A stretch of 64,000 nucleotides of DNA. It comes from Camelus ferus. Taxonomy: Eukaryota. The number at the start of each line of letters is the position of its first letter. Within the stretch, counting starts at the first letter, position 1. Shown piece after piece: positions 12,132 through 22,813 of this stretch. Made by a program: the position numbers and the translations under genes. Under the pieces are notes generated by a model that did no database searches, had not been told where the DNA came from, and saw nothing but the letters and a program-made list of their open reading frames with translations. Where the stretch lies: the NCBI RefSeq assembly GCF_009834535.1, contig NC_045696.1, positions 46,564,001-46,628,000 on the forward strand. The letters run 5' to 3'.

Positions 12132-15100
12132 TTCTGATTTTACTTCGGTCTAAAGATTGATGGGGAAATATGCTTCTAGTTTTCCACCGAGATATGAAAG
12201 ACTTTGGTAGCTCTCTTGTCAGGATGGTGAATGGAGAGATGAAGAGCTAGTGTGACCAAGGTTCTGTTGTTTCCAGGGTCAAAGTCAGAGCAGGATTTGA
12301 TGAAAGGGTTCTTCTAATTGCCCTGTAAAAGTGGATACCTGTTCCTTGCTTTATGTCAAATCGGATTAATTCTGTTCTTTTGTGTATTTTGGTCAGATGG
12401 ATGGATAGATAATGATATTAATCTTTATGTAAATCTTGCTAAAATGTAGCAATCATAGATAATAATCAAAGATAAATATTGAGATATGTGATTTTATGGA
12501 TTTGGGGAGAAGATAGAAAGTGTATGTCGAGGAAAAATTATGTCTCTGAAGAAACCTGTTTAGGTTCTCCCTCAAGACCTGAAAACCCCTCCTTGTACAC
12601 TGCAGTTGAAACAACTGGGGAGGGTCACTTTGAGATCTGTATCTCAAGATGGATTTGAAGGCTGAAGAAAATTCCCCCTTAATGATTAAAGGCAGGGAGG
12701 AATGTAAAAGTGATTTTAGAATTAGCTCAGTTTTCTGCTGTGGTTAATAAAAACAAGTCTAGTAAATAAAGAACTAAAAAAGAAATGTTGCATCACCAAG
12801 TTTGCTCATCTGGGAAAATAAAATAAGGTTGTTCTGAGATTTTCCAAGATAAGCAGAAAAGAAATAAAGCAGCTTGTTGACAGGTAGGTAGCTGAACACA
12901 TAATAGATTACCAAGTGAAATGACAGTCCTTGCGCCCTCGAGATACTTAGGAGTACGCAAAGTAGTCCATGAGCCCAAAGATGCCAGGTATCTTGAGCCC
13001 CCGTAATTCAAGGATTTAAAGTTGCTGATAAACACCTGACAGGCCAATAAAATGGAACTTAATTGATTGATGTGCAGGATGCATTCTCTTCCTCTACTTG
13101 CAGTTTGAGACATTAATTTTAGAGCTCTGAAGTTGGCCGAATTATCTTTCAGGAACTGTAACAATAGATTTATTTTTGTAAAGCTATAAAACCCTGAAGT
13201 TAGGATCTATTTTCATGAGACCTTCTCTTGGGTCTTGGTTGTCTGTTACATGTTTTTCCTCTCCCAGCTGAGATTAACAGTATTTCTTTTGATGTGAAAT
13301 AGCTTTTTGGTGCTTTGGATTATGCTTCATACAGTATCATCTTAACTCTTCCGTTATGCCTCTCAAGCCACAAAGTCCCTGGTTTTTATACAGTGTATCA
13401 GTAACTACATAGGTGGGAAGTCTGTTAAGACCTTAGATTTTGCTCTGCATTCCAACTCATGGAGCAAAATGCAATTAAAATAAAGCAGAAATTAAATAAT
13501 ATATTCTCTATTTAGCAAACGAAAGAAATAGTATTTATGACTGATTGTAATTTGGCATTAGCAGCACCAGTGTACTATCCTACAAGTTATTATGAAATTA
13601 TCATACCAGCTGTGCTTTAATTGCCTGATCTTTAACGGATAGAAGAGATTGTTTTCTTAGACTCTAGACCCTTTGCATCTTTGCATAATGAATCGTTCAA
13701 AGCAAACACTGTGTGTGAGATCCTTAGTTCATTAGTAAAGGAGCATGTGTTCATAGGAGACCTCATTTTTTTCTCCAAGAGTTCACCATTTGTTTGTATT
13801 TTATTTTCTCCTATATTTTTTATTTGACATTCATTATGTTTCTTTTCCTGACTTAAACTAGGTACTTTTAAAAAAAAATCTATTTCAGATTATATAAAAT
13901 ATATAGATTTTTTTCTGAAATATAATTTCTAGAGGAAATGATTACATAGCATTTATATAGTTATATATCTCAAAATCATAGTACCTGCTTGGTCTTACAC
14001 TTCTGTTTTTCCAGTGGTGATCTTCTTTATATCTGTATTTCCAAGTAGTCTCTTCCCCTTTCCCATGATCCCCTCCACTATCTCTGCCCTGTCCCTTATT
14101 TCTATGTAATAGATCTTGTCAGAAACTATGCAATAAAAATTGGTGAAAATAATCGATGTCACCTTCCTCAAATGAGGCTCAGACTACGTTATAGTAGACT
14201 TAGGATATAGGTGATTTAGGAATAGAATTTCCCTTTGCTTCTAAGAACAAATTATCCAGGAAATTATGATCCGTTTAACTCAAATTGCAAGTCGGCTGAA
14301 GCAGCCCATTCCTGTAGTATTTTCTGGTTTATCTCTCACGGTTACTTGTATGTATTCAAGTGAAAGCTTTAAATTATAAGTCTAAATTTAATTGCTACTT
14401 CTTAAGAGATTTGTTTGACATATTACTTAAAGTATACTGTTAATATATGAAGCACTTTTTACAAAACTATCAGAAGTCAGAGTGCTCTGCAAAATAGTAA
14501 TTTTCAAGCGAGGTTGGGTCATGGAGAGAAAGTTAATTGAGTTCAATTTAGAGTGTTTAAATTATGCCCAAACTTGACCCTTGACTTAAGTTTTCCTCCC
14601 TTATCTCTTTATCTTTTCACATTGTTTTTTAGCCCATTATCAAACATACTGTTGGTCTTTCTCATTTTTTCCAATGCACACTTATTGCAAGATTGAATAT
14701 CAAATGGTTAAGGATTAGAGATTTTAAAAAAAACACAGTAGTAATAAAAGAAGCAGGTTTACAAAATTAAAGATTGAGGACAGAATCCCCTGTTTGGGAT
14801 TGAGCCAACCTACAGACACTGTCAGTGCTCGAGAACCAAGATCTAATGAGAACTGGGCCATTCTTTCCTATCAGGAAATGATAGCTTCCAGGTTGGGCAG
14901 AGCTCTGCTTTTTTGTTCTGTAACTGTGAGTTTCATTGCCACCAAACATTTTCATAAACATGATGACAACGCATTTGCAGATATAAAAGGTGTACCTAAT
15001 ATAATCCCGAGTTTTTTTTAACGAGGCACGCATGTCTAGCCCAATAAGGTGGCTCCTTCCCCTCAGTGAGTTCTAACTTGATTGTGGCTGGTTTGCTTGA

Positions 15101-16869
15101 ACTTAATCAAGTCCACAGATCCATATGCCCAGCAGCTGTAAGCACTTTTCTATACATTATTACAAAGGAATTTATTGTTTCATTGATCATTCATTCTTTA
15201 CATCCATTACAGAAATTACACCCTAGTCTTAGCATAAAACCTTTTGGTCTTTTTATAGCTTAAAAATATGAAACTGTAGAAACTGGGCATTAAGCCACCA
15301 CCATTCAAGTTATGCCTAACATTTGTTTCCTACAGCAGTTTTAAAGAGCAAGTTTCTCTTAATTCACCTTACCTGCTGACTTTGAAAAATTGCCATACCA
15401 CACTAATACTGAAATGGCTCCTGTGTCACTACACTTCTCAGCCAAAACATGTCTATTTTTCAGCAAACCATGAACAACATTAATGTTTTGGAAAAGTTAC
15501 TGTAAATGCCTCTATGGCACCCCTTTTGCCCTCTCAGATTATGATTTGTCTCTGCTCTTTTCTACCCAGCTGTGAAGCTGGGGTGCAAGAGGAAGTTATA
15601 CCTTCAAAAATACATGCCATTCTACCCAAAAGGAAATGTGGAGTCCTAAGCTAGCTTACATGCCAGTTAACAGGTGATTTTGTCATAGGAAGTGGAAACT
15701 GATACAGTCTTTCAAGGCATTTGGTAGGAAGATGAGGGGATGAGCCAGCATAGAAACTTGAGGTGGTTTAGTGGAAGACAATTGCCAGTTCTTTGCTTTC
15801 TGAATGATTCCTTCTAAAACTCTTGTCTTTCCTTTGACTTCCTACCTTCTTTTCCCTCCTTAGACATTTCTACAGTAAGGTAACAATTAACTAAGGAAAA
15901 AATAATAAATTTTCTTATATTTGCTATTTATTACAAATTTTGACTGTTTTCTTTAGACAGAATATCAAACATATGCCATACTGGTGGGCAGGAATCGAAA
16001 TGTTCACTTCTTGACTCTAAAATTGCTGCTTTTCAGTAAATACAATCCTATTACTCCTTCAGGTTCATCACTTTTTTATCTGAGGTTGTCATTTACTTAG
16101 ATTTGGTTTATAGTTATAGTTTGGGGATGGCCAGGAGCAAGGAAGTTTAAAGATGTAAGTTTATAGGAGCTCTTCTGTGTACTAAACCACTCATGTTCTT
16201 TTTTCATATTAATGTTGACAAGCTCTATATTTAGCTTTGTCCTTAAATTGTACTTTTTAGATTTCTCTAGTTTGATTGGACCTGAAAATATGTATTCTTT
16301 TCTTCTTTCTTAACATCAAACATCATTCCATACATCAAATCAATTTGCTTCTGTGAACCACCTCCTTATTCCATTGTTCTTATACACAGTGATGAATACA
16401 GAAATCATTCTCCCTATGAGCCAATACCTTACTGTTATTAAATTCTTTCCCTGTGCGTAAATCCTTAGGGTCCGTATGGTCCTGAGAAGTCTCAGGTTTG
16501 TTTTTCTGCTTTCTTCTCCTTCTGTTTTCCGTGATTACCCATGTATGTGTCATTCACGGTTCACCAGCCTGCAGTTTCCTAGGTTGTATAAAATACATAT
16601 GAGTGATTGCAAATGAACCATAGAGGATACCTTTAATATTAGTGTAGTATATGTACATGATATACTTGCTTTTTGTTTGTTAAATTTATTTTCTTGCCCT
16701 TCTTGGTTGCTCCCTGCCCTTCTCCCCCCCAAAAAACAAAAAACAAATAAGAAGCATTTTCTGTTTCCATTTCAAACCACCAGCAGCTAATTCAGAAGTA
16801 TTTGCTACTGGTTATTTAGAAGGATGGCTTGGTGTAGTCATCATAAAACACTTGCACACCTTTATGTTA

Positions 16870-16940
16870 TTAGTAATAACAACAACAGCTGTCACTTCTT
16901 AAGCTCTTTGTTGGTGCCATCCAGTGTTTTAGAAGCTTTA
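16870..16940 (-). mobile_element. MIR fragment 1 (split element)
   Basis: aataacaacaacagctgtcacttcttaagctctttgttggtgcca...gttttagaagcttta = MIR 3' end, reverse complement. Confidence 0.55.
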
Positions 16941-17142
16941 TTTGTTCATGCAACAATATTATTGAGAACTAGTCATGTGTTAAACACCATTCTAGATATG
17001 TAAAATATATCTGTGAATGAAAACAGAGAACCCTGCTTCGATGGAGGTTACATTATAGTGGGAATGCTGGACTATAAGCAAGCCTTAAACAATAAGAAAA
17101 GTATATAATATGTTAGAAGGTGAGCAGTAATATAGAAAAAAG
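16941..17142 (-). mobile_element. L2 3' end fragment
   Basis: ttcatgcaacaatattattgag...caccattctagat...tgtgaatgaaaacagagaaccctgcttcgatggaggttacattatagtggg. Confidence 0.75.
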
Positions 17143-17144
17143 AA

Positions 17145-20100
17145 TAGGTTTGATAGAACAACTAGGCAGAAGATCAACAAGGAAGGAGAAGACTTGAACA
17201 CTGGGCAATAACTAGATGTAGCAGACATTTATAGAACATTCAAATATGTGGATATTAAACAATATACTCTAAATAACCAGTAAATCAAAGAAGTCAATAG
17301 GGAAATATGAAAATACTTTGAGATAAATAAAATGAAAACTGGAGAGAAATAAAATGAAAACACAGCATACCAAAATTTATAGGATACAACTAAAGCTGTT
17401 GCTTAGAGGAAAGTTTACCGATATAAATGCATATGTTATGAAAGAAGAAAGATCTCAAATCCATAACCTAAGCTGTCTTGAGATACTGTCAGAAAAAGAA
17501 CAAACTAAACCTAAAGGGAGTAGAAGAAAGAAAATAATAAAGATTAGAGAGGAAATTAATGAAATGAAAATAATTAAAGAATAGGAAGACAATAGAGAAA
17601 ATCATTGAAACCAAAAGCTAATTCTTTGAAAAGAACAGTAAGTTTGAGAAGTGTTTAGCTAAACTGATCAGGAAAAAAAGAAGACTCAAATTATTAGAAT
17701 CAGAAATGAAATAGGGGCCATTACTACTGACCTTACAAAAGTGGAAGGGATTATCAAGGAATATTATGAACAATAATATTATGAACAATTATATGCCAAT
17801 AGATAAGATAACCTACATGAAATGGACAATTACTAGAAAGGCACAGACTGCTGAAATTGACTTAAGGGGAAATTGACAATCTGAATAGACCTATAACTAG
17901 TATACGGATTGAATTTAGTAATCAAAAAAGTGCCCTCCCCCCAAAAAAGTCGAAGGCCCAGATGACTTCACCACTGAATTCTACCAAACATGTAAAGAAG
18001 AATTAATACAAGTTTTTCATTATGCTTGTCTATAAAATTAGAAGATGAAGGAACACTTTCCAACTCATTCTATAAGGTCAGTATTACCCTAATGTCAAAA
18101 CACCTGACAAGAAAGAAAAACTGCAGATCACCGTCTCTTACAGCTTTGGGCACAAAAAGCCTTAACGAAATGCTAACAAATTGAATCCATACAAGAATTA
18201 CATACCATGGCCAGCTGGGATTTTACCCAGAAATGCAAGGTTGGTTTAACATCCAGAAATCAATTAACATAATATTGCATATCAAAAGAACAACAACGAA
18301 GAAAAATCCACAAGTTCATCTCAGTGGATATAGAAAAAGCATTTGATACATTCAACACCCTTTCATATAACACCCAGCAAACTCAGAATAGAAGGGAACT
18401 TCCTGAGCCTGATAAAGGACATCTACAAAAAAACTTAGGCTTAAAGGTAAAGGATTGGTTGCTTTCCCCCTAAGGTGGAGAGCAAAACAAGGATGTCCAC
18501 TTCCACCATTTCTATTCGGCAGTGTAGTGGAGGTTCTAGCCAAGAAAAAGAAACAAAGGCATCCAGATTGTGGAAAGGAAAAAGTATTACTATCTCGACT
18601 CTCAGCTGACATGATCTTTTGTATAGGAAAATAAGGAATCCACTAGAAAACTGTTATTGCTGATAAATGAGTTCAGCAGGGTTTCAATGTGCAAGATCAT
18701 TATACAAAATTCAGTTGTATTTCTATGTGCTTGAAATGAGTGATCTGAAAATGAAATCAGGAAAACAATTCCATTTACAATAGCATCAAAAAGAATAAAG
18801 TACTTGGGAATAAATTCCACAAAATAAGTGCAACACACTGAAAGCTACAAAACATTATTGAAAGAAAGATGATTGAAATAAATGGGAAAATATCCCATGT
18901 TCATGGATCAGAAGACTTAGTGCTGTTATGATGGAAACACTCCCTCAAACTGATCTACAGATTCAACCCAATCCTTATTAGAATCTTAGCTTGCTTCTTT
19001 GTAGATACTGACAAGTGATCATAAAATTAATGTGGAATTGAGAGAGATTCAGAATAGCCAAAATGGTCTTCTCAGTTTCAAAACTGGCTACAAAAAATAG
19101 TAGTTAAGACAGCATAGTCCTGCCATAAACATAGACATATAGAGGTCGATAGAATAGAACTGATGGTCCAGAAATAAACCTACACATCATTGGTAAATAG
19201 ATTTTCAGTGAGGATGCCAAGACTAGTCACTTGGAAAAGAATAGTCTTTTCAAAAATTGGTGCTGGGACAGCTGGATGTCTGCATGCAAAAAAAAAAAAA
19301 AAAGAAGTTGGACCCTTACTTACCTCACACAGTGTACAAAAATTAACTCAAAATGGATCAAAGACCTAAATGTAAGAGCTAAAATTATGTAAGTTTTTCA
19401 GAGAAAACACAGACATCAATCTTAATGACCTCAGATTTGGCAATGGATCCTTTGACAGGACACCAAAAGCCCAAGCAAAAAAAGGCAAAATGATAAGTTG
19501 GACTATATCAAAATGTTAAACTTTTGTTCTTCAAAGGACACTAGTAAGAAAGTAAAGAAATGTCCCATAGAATGGGAGAAAATATTGGCAAATCACATAT
19601 CTGACAGAAGGGACTTTTATCTAGAATATGTAAAGAACTCTTGCAACTCAACAAGAAGAAAAGACAACTCAAAAAGCACTTGAAAACTATGCTTGGCATT
19701 ATTAGTCATCAGGGAAATGGCTACCAGAACCACAATAAGAAAGTTATTCATCCGCTGATGAATAAGAAAGTTTTGCCTCCTCGTGATGGCTGTAGTCAAG
19801 AAGATAGTAAGTTTGGTTGAGGATGTTAAGCAGTATGGCAGTTCCTCAAAAGGTTAAACAGATTTACTATTATGATGCAGCAATTCCACTCCTAGGTAGA
19901 TGTCCAAGAGAAATGAATACACGTATCCGCACAGAAGCCTGTACGTGAATGTTCATAACAGGATTATTCATGACAGGCAAGAGGTGGAAACAAATGTCCA
20001 TCCGCTGATGAATGGATAAACAGATATGGTGTATTCATACAATGGACTATTATTTGACCTTAAAGAGGAGTGAAATACTGATACATGCTACAACATGAAG

Positions 20101-20405
20101 GAGCCTTGCAAATGTTACACCCAGTGAAAGAATCCAGAAACCATAGACCATATTATATGATTCCATTTATATGAAATGTAAATCCTATTCTGTGATTCCA
20201 TTTGTAGGAAAATTTCCGGGATAAGTAAATCTATGGAGACTGAAAGTAGATAGTGATTGTTCAGGGGTAGAGAGACTACAGATAAGGGAGCAGTCACAGC
20301 AAAAGGACATGAGATTTATTTTTGAGGTGGTGAAAATGTTCTGAAAGTGATGGTGGTTGCCAGTATTGGTGAATATAAAAACTACTGAATTGTATACTTT
20401 AGACA
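17145..20405 (+). mobile_element. 5'-truncated, internally deleted L1 (L1MB-like 3' end), sense to BBX, degraded ORF2
   Basis: ORF2 relics (LRGKFTDINAYVMKEERSQIHNL; ggcccagatgacttcaccactgaattctaccaaac; gaaaaagcatttgat; WEKILANHISD). 3' end gtggtgaaaatgttctgaaa...actactgaattgtatacttta. Confidence 0.93.
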
Positions 20406-20509
20406 GGAGCACAGATAGTTTGCCTCTGGCAGGAAGGCAGGGCACGTGGGCGCAGATGCAGGTAGCTGGGGAGATGCAGCAGGGCAGTTTGCAGAGCTTC
20501 TGACCTTGT

Positions 20510-20600
20510 GAGTCCTCATTTCACCCCCGTGAGTTAGGCACTATTATTACCCACATTTACAGATGAGGAAACAGAAGTTACGTAAAATGTCAGTTTCACG
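20510..20600 (-). mobile_element. MIR fragment 2 (core)
   Basis: ccccgtgagttaggcactattattacccacatttacagatgaggaaacaga. Confidence 0.75.
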
Positions 20601-21305
20601 GAGGAATATCAGCAAAGTGTAGAAAGCAACCTACTTTTGGAAAGTCAGTGCTATTGTTGGCATTTCTGATGGGTAACTGAAAAATCCCAGTTTTCTTTAT
20701 CTGGGAAAACTAAGACACAGTCTGAGATCTCCCTATTTCCCGATCCCTGCTTCCCCTCCCCCTCAAACAGTTTCAGCAAATATTTCTCTATTTTTAAACA
20801 CGTTTTTCTTCCTAGAATGTCCTCAGAAAAAGCTAGAAAGCTATCTAATGCCATCGGGCCAACCTGATCTTTGTCCTCAAAGTGCTGTCCTTGTGAAAAA
20901 TCAGTTTCTTAGGAGAGAGGAAATACCCATGCCATCTTTGTAATATTCAGGAATCTAAAGTAAAATCTCTTCTTTATTACAGACTACATCTGCTCTGCTG
21001 TTACTGGTTGTGGTCTGTCTCTAGTCACTGAATCTGCAGTTTCTGCTGAGTGAGTCTCAGCCCTAATGGAGGCTTCTGCCCAATACATTTCTAAGGAAAA
21101 TCTCACCGGGTTTTCAATAAGTCCAGGGAAGGGCACTTAAGCATAAATTAGATGAAAAAAAAAAAAAAGATGCAAGATGACATTTCTTGTGACTCAGTTT
21201 GCTTATTCCACAGGTTGGGAGAGGGTGTAATTGTTTAGAAATACACAGTATTGTTTTATGAAGCATTGTGAATTTTAAATATATTTATATTAATATTGTC
21301 TGTAG

Positions 21306-21395
21306 GTCCTTTCCAGTCTCAGAAAAAGAACTTATTCCACAAAATTGTCAGCAAATATAAGCACAAAAAGGAGAAGCCTAATGTTCCGGAAAAAG
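21306..21395 (+). CDS. BBX: BBX 90-nt symmetric coding exon (phase 1 to 1), probable cassette exon
   Basis: gtctgtag|GTCCTTTC...GAAAAAG|gtattg; (G)PFQSQKKNLFHKIVSKYKHKKEKPNVPEK. Not in the ORF track. Its 30 codons match the recalled length difference between long and short human isoforms. Confidence 0.93.
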
Positions 21396-21699
21396 GTATT
21401 GGTGCCTTCCATCCTCCATTAAGGTTTCTCGGCCACCTCCATTGTGAATCCATCTTTGAGTGATGCTTCACTGCACCGCCTTTGCCTCTGCCTCCCCTCT
21501 GCTTGCTTCAGTGTCATCGGCTCCTGACACAGGCACATTCAATATTTCTAGACTCTGCAGCTAAATGCAAAGAGAGGTCTCCTCTTGGATTCCTAATCAA
21601 ATCCTGTGTTTGTCTCTTTTCAGAGTTCCACTATGAATCCTGAAATTGCTTTTTTTTTTTTTGTCTGTATTTGGCACATTTTGTTATTTAGTCTTCTTA

Positions 21700-22110
21700 A
21701 GCTCTTCTCTGCTTATTTTCTTCAACTATTCTTGATTTTTTTCACTGTTTGGCAGCCTTCATACCAGGACCACAGTTTCCTACCTCTTGAAATCGTATCA
21801 TTTTCATATTCATGTGATAGTCCCCCAGTTTCTGTACTTTCTCTGACACCCGAGGATTCTTGTCAAGAAGGATTCCATTCCCACGTCGTAACCTCTTTTT
21901 TTTCTATCTATATACTTCGTTTGCTAGACTCGTCCCACCTCCTTCATTCACATAACTGTTATTTCCAGAGGGCACTAGAGACATACGCACTCGACCCTCC
22001 CTTTACTCTGAGCATCTGTCTCGTTGTTACGATCTAGATGGCCCTTGAACCTCTTCAGGGCTCATCTGAAGATTTCTCTTCTCACAGTTCAGGACTCCCA
22101 TTCTTCTTTC
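21700..22110 (+). mobile_element. Degraded L2 internal fragment
   Basis: Pyrimidine-rich, with L2-like pieces such as ttctatctatatact...cattcacataact and atctagatggcccttgaacctcttc. Confidence 0.45.
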
Positions 22111-22753
22111 ACACAGAAGAAAGAATCCATCTGGTTGAATACAGCCACATGTCCTGGAAGTCAGGCTTTCTCTGGCATCTCTCTGCATGTTAGTGTCATG
22201 ACTGCCATGAACCTATTCATTCGATGCCCATTTGCATCCTACTTGCATGGCCAGATGTGGAGCCTTCCGTATCTCTGGAATGAGGCTTAAACTGCAGCTG
22301 TCTTCTGTGTGTAGACATACGTGCCTGCGTGGTCTTTTGTGTAACATTTTACTTAATTTGGGTTTTATATTCACCCCCACTTTGGCCTCTTAGTTTTGTT
22401 TTGTGTGTTAATATTTTTTCCCTGCTTCCAGTGGAGAGGTATCACTCTAGGTAAAATGTCAGGTTTCATCGTTACCTTTTAACCAATCCTCAGAGTATCT
22501 TGATTAAAGTCCTAGAAATTATCCAGCAACATATTTTATGAAAGGCAAAATTGTTTAATGCATCTCCTATATAACCTAATTATTTTAGTTGGCAAATGCA
22601 GTTTTGAGAATTAAATAGTTGAGGTAAAATTCTGCTTCATTTGTCTGATAATGCTTGTTATTTAAGTCAGTTTTGCGTGTTGTCTTATTTTTATAGTGTA
22701 TGTGTCTGTACTAGGGGTAGAGGCTCACTTTCCTTTTCTGTCATTGTTTTTAG

Positions 22754-22813
22754 GAAGTGGGGATAAATGGTCAAACAAGCAACTCTTCTTGGATGCCATT
22801 CACCCTGCAGAAG
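22754..22813 (+). CDS. BBX: BBX 60-nt coding exon (phase 1 to 1)
   Basis: ttgtttttag|GAAGTGGG...GCAGAAG|gtaaaa; (G)SGDKWSNKQLFLDAIHPAE. Confidence 0.95.

Noticed and set aside
17354..19799. Short ORFs inside the L1
   Set aside because: Frameshifted, stop-ridden ORF2 remnants and their antisense shadows; not functional.
21317..21323. Internal AG acceptors in the 90-nt exon (+11, +17 nt)
   Set aside because: Both shift the frame and there is no evidence of use.
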